NCBI GenBank assembly: GCA_003166335.1
Contig: PMWA01000087.1
Location: 1 to 14,727 of the forward strand
From: Methanobacterium sp.
GTDB taxonomy: Archaea > Methanobacteriota > Methanobacteria > Methanobacteriales > Methanobacteriaceae
Reading direction: 5' to 3'
Length of the DNA: 14,727 bases
A program made the position numbers and the translations under genes. The notes beneath the pieces are model-generated. The model did no database searches, had not been told where the DNA came from, and saw only the letters and a program-made list of their open reading frames with translations. Below, in pieces: positions 1-10,653 of the stretch (within the stretch, counting starts at the first letter, position 1; every line of letters starts with the position of its first letter).

Positions 1-92
1 AAAACCCTCAAAAACGAATGTTTGAGAGATATTAACATTGGTATATATGCTCTGAAGAGTCATTTCAACAATTCAATAAACAACTAAAAAAA

Positions 93-113
93 GCACATAA
101 ACTATATATATAA
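93..113 (+). promoter_or_regulatory. Putative archaeal BRE/TATA promoter of the cdh operon
   Basis: GCACATAAAC-TATATATATAA: an A-rich element followed by a TATA box about 50 nt upstream of the cdhA start. It shares the ACATAAnnTATATA layout with the minus-strand promoter candidate at 12105-12122. Confidence 0.55.
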
Positions 114-161
114 TATCAGGATAGAATCATCATTATAAATCATTAATAATTGGTGATAATT

Positions 162-2534
162 GTGGCACCGAAATCAAGAGCACCGAAACAAAAAATATTC
201 AAAGACGATTTTTGGAAGACAAAAGATTTTAAATTTTCAATTGGTGACATCACTGGTAAAACAGGTCAAAAAGAATCAAGAATATCTGAAGAATCATCCT
301 TACCACTAGGACCCACTCCCAAACCTAATATAACCGATTTAAGATCATGGGATATGAAATTACTAAATAGATATGAACCATTTTACGCTCCATTATGTGA
401 TATGTGCTGTTTATGTACATATGGAAAATGTGATTTAACTGCAGGTAAAAAAGGAGCCTGCGGCATTAATATACAAGCTCAACAGGCAAGAAATGTGCTT
501 TTAGCATGTTGTATCGGCTCAGCAGCCCATTCAGGACATGCACGGCATCTTTTAGGATATTTAACAAAAAAATATGGTGAAGATTTACCTATAAATCTGG
601 GAATGAATATTGATATTGAAGCTCCCATAATGAGAGTAGTACTTGGTAAAAAACCTGAAACTTTAGGAGACTTAAAAGAAGCCTTAGATTACTTGGAAGA
701 ACAAATGGTACATTTATTATCTGCTTGTCACACAGGACAGGAAGGTAATAATATTGATTTTGAATCAAAGGCTTTACATGCGGGTCTAATGGATAATATT
801 GGAAAAGAAATAGGGGACATTGCACAGATTGTAGCCCTTAACATGCCTAAAGGTGATGAAGATGCACCTCTAGTAGAACTGGGAATGGGAACAATTGACA
901 GAAATAAACCAGTAATATTATGTATAGGTCATAATGTCATTCCAGGATCAGGTATTATTGATTATATTGAAAATGAAGAGCTTGAAGATGAATTGGAAGT
1001 ATGTGGTATCTGTTGTGCTGCATTGGACATAACACGATATAATAAAAGTGCAAAGGTAGTTGGCCCAATTTCAAAACAGTTAAAATTTGTAAGAAGTGGT
1101 GTTGCAGACGTTATAGTAGTAGATGAGCAATGCGTGAGAACTGACATTCTCGAGGAAGCTAAAAAGAACAATGCAGTAGTGCTTGCTACAACAGATAAGA
1201 TATGCCTGGGACTTCCTGACCTGACCAAAGAAGACACGGATAAAATAGTCTCACAGCTTTTAAAAGGCGATATTGAAGGTGCATTGATACTTGACCCGGA
1301 TAAGGTGGGTGAAGTAGCCACCAGAGTGGCTATGAATATAGCTGAAGACCGTGGAAACTTAAAAATACTACCGGATCTGGATGAAATCACCGAAATGGCT
1401 AAAGAATGCACCGAATGCGGTTGGTGTGTCAGAGCATGTCCCAACAGCCAACAGATGATGGATGCTGTTGTAGCAGCAGGTAAAGGTGACTATTCCAAAT
1501 TCATTGAACTCTACAAATACGATGTTTGTTATTCCTGCGGAAGATGTGAACAAGAATGTGAAAGAGACCTCCCACTAATATCTATGCTTACCAAAATCGG
1601 TGAACACTATGTTAAAGATGAAAAATATAATGTAAGAGCAGGTAGAGGGCCAATTCAGGATATTGAAATAAGGCGAGTGGGTGCACCTATCGTCTTAGGA
1701 GATATACCTGGTGTTATAGCATTTGTGGGATGCACCAATTATCCGGAAGGTGGGGAAGACGTGGCCAAAATGGCTGAAGAATTCCTAGAGAGGAACTATA
1801 TAGTAGTGACAAGCGGATGCGGAGCTATGACCATAGGTGAATATCGGGATGAAGAGGGTAAAACTCTTTATGAAAGATACAGCGGTGATTTCGACGCTAA
1901 AGGATTAGTTAACGTTGGATCTTGTGTTTCAAACGCCCATATACCAGGAGCATGCATAAAAATAGCCAATATATTTGCCAAAAAACCATTGGAAGGTAAC
2001 TTTGAAGAAATAGCAGACTATATCTTGAACAGAGTAGGTGCCTGTGGTGTTGCATGGGGTGCTTATTCTCAAAAAGCAGTTGCCATCGCTACTGGAGTAA
2101 ATCGATGGGGAATCCCAGTGGTACTAGGACCACATGGTTCTAAATACCGGCGATTATTCCTTGGCAGAACAGATAAAGAAGAAAAATGGGAAATCAATGA
2201 TTTAAGATCTGGCGAAGTGGTGAGTGGTGAACCAGCACCAGAGCATCTTCTTTATGCAGCTGAAAACAGGGAAGAAGCAACAGTTATGATTGCTAAACTC
2301 TGTATAAGACCTAATGATACTTCGAAGGGACGACAGTTAAAATTAAACCATTACATTGACTTGCACAGGAAATATTTCGGTGTCATTCCTGATGATATTC
2401 ATAAATTCGTAAGAGTGGAGAAAGACATCCCAATAATCTATAAAAGAGATATCATGGAAATTCTGAAAGGAAAAGGATGGGAACCAAGAAAAATACCACA
2501 AGAACCATCATTAATGAAAATGGATGGTGATTAA
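162..2534 (+). CDS. cdhA: ACDS complex subunit alpha (Ni-dependent CO dehydrogenase)
   Basis: About 790 aa. Cys-rich B/D-cluster region [16 protein letters not shown]-cluster ligand motifs GHN, CGICC, GCTN, SGCG, GSCV; archaeal-type inserted 2x[4Fe-4S] domain ([23 protein letters not shown]). Start moved from TTG150 to GTG162 because an RBS (GGTGA, 152-156) precedes it. Confidence 0.97.
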   Translation: MAPKSRAPKQKIFKDDFWKTKDFKFSIGDITGKTGQKESRISEESSLPLGPTPKPNITDLRSWDMKLLNRYEPFYAPLCDMCCLCTYGKCDLTAGKKGACGINIQAQQARNVLLACCIGSAAHSGHARHLLGYLTKKYGEDLPINLGMNIDIEAPIMRVVLGKKPETLGDLKEALDYLEEQMVHLLSACHTGQEGNNIDFESKALHAGLMDNIGKEIGDIAQIVALNMPKGDEDAPLVELGMGTIDRNKPVILCIGHNVIPGSGIIDYIENEELEDELEVCGICCAALDITRYNKSAKVVGPISKQLKFVRSGVADVIVVDEQCVRTDILEEAKKNNAVVLATTDKICLGLPDLTKEDTDKIVSQLLKGDIEGALILDPDKVGEVATRVAMNIAEDRGNLKILPDLDEITEMAKECTECGWCVRACPNSQQMMDAVVAAGKGDYSKFIELYKYDVCYSCGRCEQECERDLPLISMLTKIGEHYVKDEKYNVRAGRGPIQDIEIRRVGAPIVLGDIPGVIAFVGCTNYPEGGEDVAKMAEEFLERNYIVVTSGCGAMTIGEYRDEEGKTLYERYSGDFDAKGLVNVGSCVSNAHIPGACIKIANIFAKKPLEGNFEEIADYILNRVGACGVAWGAYSQKAVAIATGVNRWGIPVVLGPHGSKYRRLFLGRTDKEEKWEINDLRSGEVVSGEPAPEHLLYAAENREEATVMIAKLCIRPNDTSKGRQLKLNHYIDLHRKYFGVIPDDIHKFVRVEKDIPIIYKRDIMEILKGKGWEPRKIPQEPSLMKMDGD

Positions 2535-3047
2535 ATGAGTGAGAGAGTTATTCCCTGGCAGCCAACAGTTATAGCCGGGCCAAAACAGGCTTTATTGGTA
2601 ACGCCTGAAACAGCTAAAATGATGATTAAGAAAGCTAAGAGACCATTAATGGTTGTGGGGCCTATTGCAGCTGAAGAACCTATAATAAATTATGCTGTAG
2701 AGATCTCAGAAAAATGGAAACTGCCCATAGTAACCACTGGAGATGCTTTTAAAGCATTTAATGAAATGGGAATTGAAACCAAACCATATGGAATAGTTGA
2801 AATAGTAAACCTCCTTAAAGACCCGGATTGGAATGGTGTAAAAAGTGAAGGGCAGCATGATCTAGTTATATTTATTGGTTGTATTTATTACATAGCTTCA
2901 CAGGGTCTTTCCACCCTTAAGCACTTTGCACCTAAACTTAAGACACTTACACTTTGCAAATATTTCCATTCCAATGCAGATGCGTCATTCCCTAATATGA
3001 AGGATGCAGAATGGTTTAACTATCTTGAAAAAATGAAGATGGATTAA
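2535..3047 (+). CDS. cdhB: ACDS complex subunit epsilon
   Basis: 170 aa, abutting the cdhA stop (TAAATG) with RBS GGTGA. Motifs [18 protein letters not shown]...[21 protein letters not shown] and [12 protein letters not shown] are typical of CdhB. Confidence 0.95.
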   Translation: MSERVIPWQPTVIAGPKQALLVTPETAKMMIKKAKRPLMVVGPIAAEEPIINYAVEISEKWKLPIVTTGDAFKAFNEMGIETKPYGIVEIVNLLKDPDWNGVKSEGQHDLVIFIGCIYYIASQGLSTLKHFAPKLKTLTLCKYFHSNADASFPNMKDAEWFNYLEKMKMD

Positions 3048-3110
3048 ATATTTTTATGAATAATAAAAATGATTAAAGAAATGGGATAAAAGATAGATTG
3101 GAGGAATTCA

Positions 3111-4514
3111 ATGTTTGAGGATATACCTGTTGATGTCAGCCCTATGTACGAAGGAGAGCGCATAAGATCAGCTAATATGTTCGTTGAACTCGCTGGCCCA
3201 AAATCTATTGGGGCAGAACTAGTTCAAGTAAAAGACAATGTTGAAGACGGTAAAATAGAAGTAAAAGGTCCAGAACTGGCCGATATGGAAGAGGGAGAAA
3301 TTTATCCTCTGGGTATTTTAATAGAAATCCAGGGTGAAAAATTAGAGAAGGAATTGGAAGGAGTAATAGAACGTAGAACACATGAACTATGTAACTACAT
3401 TAAAGGATTCATGCATTTAAACCAGAGGGATCAGATTTGGTGTAGAGTCAGTAAAGAAGCAAAAGAATCAGGATTCAAATTAGAACATTTGACTAAAGCA
3501 TTATCTACATTATTTCGGGAAGAATTCCCTATCATAGAAGCAATATCAATTACGATACTAACGGATAAAGCTGAAGTTGAAGTTTTCTTGGAAAAAGCAA
3601 AATCATTATACGAAGAAAGAGATGCTAGAGCTCGAGAGTTATCAGATGAGGACGTAGACGTATTCTACGGTTGTGTGATGTGCCAATCCTTTGCACCCAC
3701 TCACGTTTGTGTGGTAACACCGGATAGAACGGCTCTTTGTGGAGCGATAAATTGGTTTGACTGTCGAGCTGCCGCAAAAATGGATCCTGAAGGACCTATA
3801 TTTGAAATAGAAAAAGGTGAAATACTGGACGAGGTTAAAGGCGAATATGAAAATGTTAACTTGGTAGTAGCCGATCGTTCACAGGGTACTTTTGATCGAA
3901 TTTACCTACACAGTGTATTTGAATATCCTCACACTTCATGTGGATGTTTTGAAGCAGTGGCATTCTACGTCCCAGAATTAGATGGAATAGGGATTGTTGA
4001 TCGGGATTTCAAAGGTGAAACACCTTTAGGATTACCATTTTCCGCTATGGCTGGGCAATGCTCTGGTGGAAAACAGGTGGAAGGATTCACTGGCTTAAGT
4101 TTGGAATATATGAGATCCCCCAAATTCTTGCAGGCAGATGGTGGTTACGAAAGAGTAGTATGGCTGCCTAAAGAGATAAAAGACGCGTTGGTAGATTACA
4201 TTCCGGCAGATCTTATTGACAAAATTCCTACTGAGGAAGATGTAAACAGTATTAAGGAAATACGAACATTCCTTGAAGAAAAAGAACATCCTATACTAGA
4301 ACGATTAAAAGTTTCTACAGAAGAAATTGAAACTGATGAAAAACCTATTGAAACTCCTGAACTTGAAGAAATAGAAGAAATGGATACAAGAGAGGTTCCA
4401 ACGTCTCCTGTAGCTTATGCTTCTGAGATGACGCTTCCAACTTCAACGGGGATGAAGATTATTCTAAAAAATGCTAAAATATACGCCGAGAAGGTGATAA
4501 TAAAAAGAAAATAA
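3111..4514 (+). CDS. cdhC: ACDS complex subunit beta (acetyl-CoA synthase, A-cluster)
   Basis: 467 aa. A-cluster ligand motifs CVMCQSFAPTHVC..PDR..LCGA and HTSCGCFE; N-terminal YEGERIR; RBS GGAGG just upstream. Confidence 0.97.
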   Translation: MFEDIPVDVSPMYEGERIRSANMFVELAGPKSIGAELVQVKDNVEDGKIEVKGPELADMEEGEIYPLGILIEIQGEKLEKELEGVIERRTHELCNYIKGFMHLNQRDQIWCRVSKEAKESGFKLEHLTKALSTLFREEFPIIEAISITILTDKAEVEVFLEKAKSLYEERDARARELSDEDVDVFYGCVMCQSFAPTHVCVVTPDRTALCGAINWFDCRAAAKMDPEGPIFEIEKGEILDEVKGEYENVNLVVADRSQGTFDRIYLHSVFEYPHTSCGCFEAVAFYVPELDGIGIVDRDFKGETPLGLPFSAMAGQCSGGKQVEGFTGLSLEYMRSPKFLQADGGYERVVWLPKEIKDALVDYIPADLIDKIPTEEDVNSIKEIRTFLEEKEHPILERLKVSTEEIETDEKPIETPELEEIEEMDTREVPTSPVAYASEMTLPTSTGMKIILKNAKIYAEKVIIKRK

Positions 4515-4614
4515 AGGATTAAAATTGAAAAAAAGTTGAAATGGAAATATAATTCTAGAGATACAATATTTTGTGTAAAATAAATTTTTATATAAAGCAT
4601 TTATGGGGTATTTA

Positions 4615-5367
4615 GTGATAATAGCTGTAAGTGGCAAGGGAGGAACAGGTAAAACTCTTGTATCATCCCTCTTGATAAAGATCCTTTCTGAAACGGGTAA
4701 AGATGTACTGGCAATTGATGCTGACCCTGACTCCAATCTTCCAGAAGCATTAGGAGTCGAGGTAGAGAAAACAGTGGGAGACATTAGAGAAGAGCTTAAA
4801 CAAGATACTGCGGCAGGTAAAATACCTGCAGGGATGAATAAATGGGATATATTGGACTATAAAATCATGGAATCAGTGGTTGAATCACCTGAATTCGATT
4901 TATTAGTCATGGGAAGGCCAGAAGGAAGCGGATGTTACTGTGCCGTGAATAATATGCTTCGAAAAATAATAGAAACATTATCTTCAAATTATGATTTCAT
5001 AATCATAGACACCGAAGCAGGATTGGAACACCTGAGTAGGAGAACTACTCAGAACGTGAATGTTATGTTGATAGTCACTGACATCTCAAAAAGAGGGTTT
5101 TTAACAGCTCAAAGAATTGGAAATCTTTCTAATGAATTAGATATAAATTTTCAGAAGATGTTCTTGGTATTGAACCGGGTTAAAAAAGAAAATGAAGATT
5201 TAATTAGGAAGAAAGCGGTTGAAACTGGACTTGATGTCATTGGAGTAATTTATGATGATACTGAAGTGACGGAATATGATATAGAGGGGAAACCACTGAT
5301 TGGGCTTCCTGTTGATTCTAATCCTGTAAAAACTGTATCAAAGATAGTATCTCAAATATTAGATTAA
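4615..5367 (+). CDS. cooC: CooC/AcsF-family nickel-insertion ATPase (CODH/ACS maturation)
   Basis: Deviant Walker A SGKGGTGKT, IDADPDSNL, metal-binding GCYC and DTEAGLEHLSR. The likely start is GTG4615, preceded by GGGGT; ATG4603 is the alternative. Confidence 0.92.
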   Translation: MIIAVSGKGGTGKTLVSSLLIKILSETGKDVLAIDADPDSNLPEALGVEVEKTVGDIREELKQDTAAGKIPAGMNKWDILDYKIMESVVESPEFDLLVMGRPEGSGCYCAVNNMLRKIIETLSSNYDFIIIDTEAGLEHLSRRTTQNVNVMLIVTDISKRGFLTAQRIGNLSNELDINFQKMFLVLNRVKKENEDLIRKKAVETGLDVIGVIYDDTEVTEYDIEGKPLIGLPVDSNPVKTVSKIVSQILD

Positions 5368-5404
5368 ATATAATTAGAAATTGAAAATTTAAGGATGTGG
5401 CTTT

Positions 5405-6571
<1,167 letters not shown>

Positions 6572-6586
6572 AAGGAGGTTTAAAAA

Positions 6587-7966
6587 TTGCAAGTCACGGC
6601 AATGGATATTTACAGACTACTTCCACAAACCAACTGTGAGATATGTGGTGAAGCATCGTGTATGGCATTTGCCACTAAACTCTCAGAAAAGGATACGCAA
6701 CTCGAATTATGTACAGAATTGGAAGATGATCAATTAGAAAAGCTTGAAAGCCTGCTCGCACCTGCAGTTAGGCAGATAACTTTCGGTATAGGGGATAAAA
6801 CTGCAACTCTAGGTGGTGATGAGGTACTTTATAGGTATGAATTAACTTACTATAACCAAACACCCTTAGTTATCGATGTAAGCGATAACATGGATGATAC
6901 TGCTTTTCAAGATAGAGTTAAATCGATTGAAGAAGCAGAATTTGAGAGAACAGGTGAAAAACTAACATTAGATGCTATAGCACTCAGAAACGTATCAGGG
7001 AGCGCGGAACAATTTGCAGAAGTAGCTGGAAAACTGAAGAAATCGAAATTACCTTTGGTGCTTTGTTCAATGGATTCTGAAGCCATGAAAGCTGCTTTGG
7101 AAGTGGTCGGTGATGAAAGACCTCTTATATACGCTGCCACAGAAAATAACTTAGAGGATATGGCAAATCTAGCTATTCAGTATGAATGTCCTATAACAAT
7201 CTTTGTGAACAATGATCTGGAAAAGATGAAGGAACTTTCCAGAATCTTACGTGCAAAGGGTATTAAAGATATAGTACTGGATCCCAGCACCTTTGTAGGT
7301 GATGGTATAGGAGATACCATCGATAACTTCGTGATGATTAGAAGATTAGCGGTGGAGGAGAATGATGAAGATTTCAGATTCCCAATTATGGGTGTGCCTG
7401 CAATTACATGGCTTTATGAGAATGATGATGTGCAAGGTGGAATAAAGGAAGCCACTATAGCAGCTACTCTCATGAATAAATACGCTGACATTCTAATTGT
7501 ACATGGAACAAACATCTGGGAATTAATACCTATGTTAACTTTAAGACAAAGTATTTACACGGATCCTCGTAAGCCTCAAGCAGTTGATCCTGGACTCTAT
7601 GAATTTGGAGAGGTTGATGAGAATTCGCCTGTTCTACTAACCACCAACTTCGCATTGACTTATTATACAGTAGAAGGAGATCTTAAATCAGGTAAAGCTA
7701 ACTGTTACCTTCTGGTGTTGGATACTGAAGGTAGAGCGGTGGATGTTTCCATAGCTGGTAATCAATTCAACGGAAAATCTGTTACAGACCTTATAAAAGA
7801 CTCAAAAATTGAAGATAAGGTAAAGACTAGAACTCTCGTAGTACCTGGACTCGCAGCTCCTGTGAGTGGTGAAATAGAGGATGAAAGTGGGTGGGAAGTT
7901 CTGGTAGGACCAAGAGATTCATCTGCAGTATCTGATTTTTTATTGAAATTGAAAAATAAGGTGTGA
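6587..7966 (+). CDS. cdhE: ACDS complex subunit gamma (corrinoid Fe-S protein large subunit)
   Basis: 459 aa with TTG start and RBS GGAGGT. N-terminal [4Fe-4S] motif LPQTNCEICGEASCMAFA...C; IYTDPRKP; corrinoid-binding domain with SPVLLTTNFALTYYTVEGD and VLVGPRDSS. Confidence 0.96.
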   Translation: MQVTAMDIYRLLPQTNCEICGEASCMAFATKLSEKDTQLELCTELEDDQLEKLESLLAPAVRQITFGIGDKTATLGGDEVLYRYELTYYNQTPLVIDVSDNMDDTAFQDRVKSIEEAEFERTGEKLTLDAIALRNVSGSAEQFAEVAGKLKKSKLPLVLCSMDSEAMKAALEVVGDERPLIYAATENNLEDMANLAIQYECPITIFVNNDLEKMKELSRILRAKGIKDIVLDPSTFVGDGIGDTIDNFVMIRRLAVEENDEDFRFPIMGVPAITWLYENDDVQGGIKEATIAATLMNKYADILIVHGTNIWELIPMLTLRQSIYTDPRKPQAVDPGLYEFGEVDENSPVLLTTNFALTYYTVEGDLKSGKANCYLLVLDTEGRAVDVSIAGNQFNGKSVTDLIKDSKIEDKVKTRTLVVPGLAAPVSGEIEDESGWEVLVGPRDSSAVSDFLLKLKNKV

Positions 7967-7973
7967 TAATAAA

Positions 7974-8441
7974 ATGAAGACGTTGATGGTGATAGATCCG
8001 AGAATGTGCACCGAGTGTCAGGAATGTATTAATGCCTGTAAAAAGGAGCATGGAATTTCTAGGGGTAAAAAAAGTAGCACACTCCCTATTTTCTGCCTCC
8101 AATGCCATCCTGAAAAAGCTCCCTGCGCCCGTATTTGTCCTACTGGAGCTATAAAAGAAGAGGATGGGACGTTAATTATAGATGATGATGCATGTTTACT
8201 CTGCAGGTTATGCATGATAGCATGTCCTGTGGGAATGCTAGTGGTCGATGATGAGAAAAAATCAATGCAAAAGTGTACCTTATGTTTGGATTCAGATCGT
8301 ATAATACCTGCTTGTGTAGAGGCTTGTAAGGATAATGTGCTTAAAATATTCTCAATTGAAGATCTTGAAGATCTTAAAAAGGATATTTCATTTGCAGATG
8401 TACTTGAAGAAGCTATGAAACTGTATCAAGATAGAATTTGA
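7974..8441 (+). CDS. CooF/DmsB-type electron-transfer protein with four predicted [4Fe-4S] clusters
   Basis: 155 aa with 16 Cys in four groups: CTECQECINAC, CLQC....PCARICP, CLLCRLCMIACP, CTLC......PACVEAC. It starts 7 nt after the cdhE stop, so it is probably co-transcribed. Confidence 0.88.
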   Translation: MKTLMVIDPRMCTECQECINACKKEHGISRGKKSSTLPIFCLQCHPEKAPCARICPTGAIKEEDGTLIIDDDACLLCRLCMIACPVGMLVVDDEKKSMQKCTLCLDSDRIIPACVEACKDNVLKIFSIEDLEDLKKDISFADVLEEAMKLYQDRI

Positions 8442-8447
8442 TTAACA

Positions 8448-8498
8448 TTTTTTGTAAAAAAAAATTAAATTTCGAAGAAAAATATTTAAATTTTTTTT
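8448..8498. terminator. Bidirectional oligo-T terminator region between convergent genes
   Basis: T6 (8448-8453) and T8 (8491-8498) on + follow the cdh operon. A9 (8456-8464) reads as T9 on - after ogt. Oligo-T tracts are established archaeal terminators. Confidence 0.5.
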
Positions 8499-9087
8499 AA
8501 TTAATTATTCTATCTTCATTTATTATTATTCCTTCATTCTTTAATATTTCTTTTTTCATTTCACTTCCACCACGATACTCTCCAATTTTCATATTGGATT
8601 TTACAACCCTGTGACAAGGAATAACTATTGGAAATGGGTTTTTGCCGAGTGCGGTTCCAACTGCCCTATAAGCTTTAGTTCCAAGTTTTTCTGCGATGTA
8701 TTTATATGTTCTAACATCACCAAAGGGAATTTTCGAAGTTTGTATGAGTACTTCTCTCTCGAATGGCGTTCTCACTACTGATTTTATATTTTTGGATTCT
8801 GGAGTCTCGAGATCAAGAGATTTTAAATCGAAATTAACATTTTCGCCTTTATAAATCTTCGAAATGGTTTTTGCTATCTCTATATAATTATCAGATAATT
8901 CGTATTCCAGGTACCGGTATGAAATTTCGGCCACAGATTCATCAATTTCATCTTGTGGGAGAGATATTCCAACTATTTTATGAGTTGAACTAGAAATTCC
9001 AACTGAGAAATATAGTTTATCTGTTTTGTATGTAGATATTATAATTTTATCGTGGATCTTGTTGATTTCAATATTAAAACACTCCAA
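8497..9087 (-). CDS. ogt: Methylated-DNA--protein-cysteine methyltransferase (O6-alkylguanine alkyltransferase)
   Basis: Active-site motif PCHRV, preceded by IPFGDVRTY..IAEKLGTKAYRAVGTALGKNP and followed by Y.GG..MK..IL..EG. The start codon (TTG9087) is uncertain. Confidence 0.93.
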   Translation of the reverse strand: MECFNIEINKIHDKIIISTYKTDKLYFSVGISSSTHKIVGISLPQDEIDESVAEISYRYLEYELSDNYIEIAKTISKIYKGENVNFDLKSLDLETPESKNIKSVVRTPFEREVLIQTSKIPFGDVRTYKYIAEKLGTKAYRAVGTALGKNPFPIVIPCHRVVKSNMKIGEYRGGSEMKKEILKNEGIIINEDRIIN

Positions 9088-9144
9088 ATGATTTTATTTA
9101 TATAAATTGTTAAGAAGAACTTTTTGTACTGGATATTCTTCTAT

Positions 9145-10506
9145 TTAATAATTAAGAATATAGAAGCTATTTATTATTAGATTTATATCTTCATGGGCAT
9201 CTTCAAATAATTCAGGTTTAATAAAAAAATGAAGATAATAATCCGATCATACAATTTGAAACTTGTGATAATTAATATACTAAGATCCGGGGTTTCACAA
9301 ATTATTACATAACCTTCCATTTCACCTGTTTTCAATGTTTTTTCTGATACAACGTGTATATTATTGAGTATAAAAGCGTCTTTCAACATTTCTATAAATT
9401 CATCTAGCGAGTTTTCGCCAATCCCTATTCCTCTATTTATTGAAAATGTCACTTTCTCCCCATAACTCCCTTTACTATTTTCTTCTCTTCAGTAACTGAT
9501 TTCATATCCCAATTTATAGGATATGCAAATAGAATTTCACCATCATCAAAATGGATTATTTTAAAGGATTCCGCTAACGTAATTCTTTCAAGTGCTTCCT
9601 CTGCTTTCTGCCTGACAAATAAAATATCATCATCCAAGGCGATTTTAATAACATCAACAGTCCGTATGTCACCTATTTTACTCAGAGCCTCTAAGGCTCT
9701 CCCGCGAATAAACCTATTCCTATCTTTTTTCTTTTTATTAGAGAGAGCATCTATTAATGATCCTACTACTCTACTATCACCTATATTCCCCAGAGTCTCT
9801 ACAACTTTACTTCGTATATACCAATCATCATCCTCATTAAATAACTCCATAAGAGGCTTGAATGCAATATCACCCATCTTTCCCAGTGCATCTATAGCGC
9901 TACGGCTAACATCATCATCATCATTTAAAACATTTAAAAGAGGTTTTATACCCCTTTCATCACCTATTTTCCCAATACTAACTGCTGCATACATCCTTAA
10001 TCTCACTCTTCACTATTAAGGGTCATAATTAAGGTTCAACTGTTTTTGTGCTGTTTATATTACCCAAAGCCTTTACAGCATTTTCTCTAACCGTCCAACA
10101 ATCATCATTCAACGCTTCGATAAGTGAATCAACTGCATTTTCATCACCAATTTTCCCCAGAGCCCAGGCTGATTTCCACCGCACATCATCATCAATGTCT
10201 TCTTTCATAGCTGCTATAAGAGGATTTACAGCGCGTTTATCACTGATTATGCCGAGAGTTTCCGCTGAATACTCTCACGGTATTTAAAAGTGCGTGTTGA
10301 ACTTGCCACTCTTCATACTTCAATGATTTTATAAGGGGTTCAATCGCTCTTTCATCACCCACTTTTTTAAGAGATCTTGTGGCTTCTTTACGTATAAGAT
10401 ATTCATCGTGGTTAAGTGCTTTAATCAAACCATTAATATCCCTGTTTTCTTCCATAGATCGTATGTCTGGATTAAACATCTTATCAGACAAATTCATGTT
10501 TCTCAA
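9145..10506 (-). pseudogene. HEAT (E-Z/PBS-lyase-type) repeat protein with a C-terminal alpha/beta domain (PsbP/Mog1-like by inspection); frameshifted, so either a pseudogene or sequencing errors
   Basis: The track ORFs 10240-10506, 9449-10006 and 9183-9452 plus unannotated intervening frames join into one ~455-aa reading when 6 nt are restored at five sites. It contains repeated units of the form VR..AA.ALG.IGD..AV.PLI..L.D and ends ...YYLHFFIKPELFEDAHEDINLIINSFYILNY* at TAA 9147-9145. Confidence 0.8.
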
Positions 10507-10653
10507 CTACAATTCCTGTTTAGGTGAAAAATAATAGATCAGCCAATATTTAATTTATATTGAATTTAATCGTTTTAGAATTATTTTAATAATAAACGTT
10601 AATATTATTTTATTTTAAACAAATTTAAGGATATATAAATTAAAAAAAATCTG

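Noticed and set aside
2514..3047. CdhA and CdhB both end in ...MKMD
   Set aside because: Only about 12 nt of similarity, so most likely coincidence.
3048..3070. AT-only hairpin/T5 tract after cdhB (ATTTTTAT-N5-ATAAAAAT) as an attenuator
   Set aside because: The stem is weak, entirely A/T, and expected by chance in AT-rich spacers.
8497..10506. HEAT protein as an AlkD-like DNA glycosylase partnered with ogt
   Set aside because: The repeats are regular E-Z/PBS-lyase-type HEAT units and I see no AlkD-specific features; only adjacency supports the idea.
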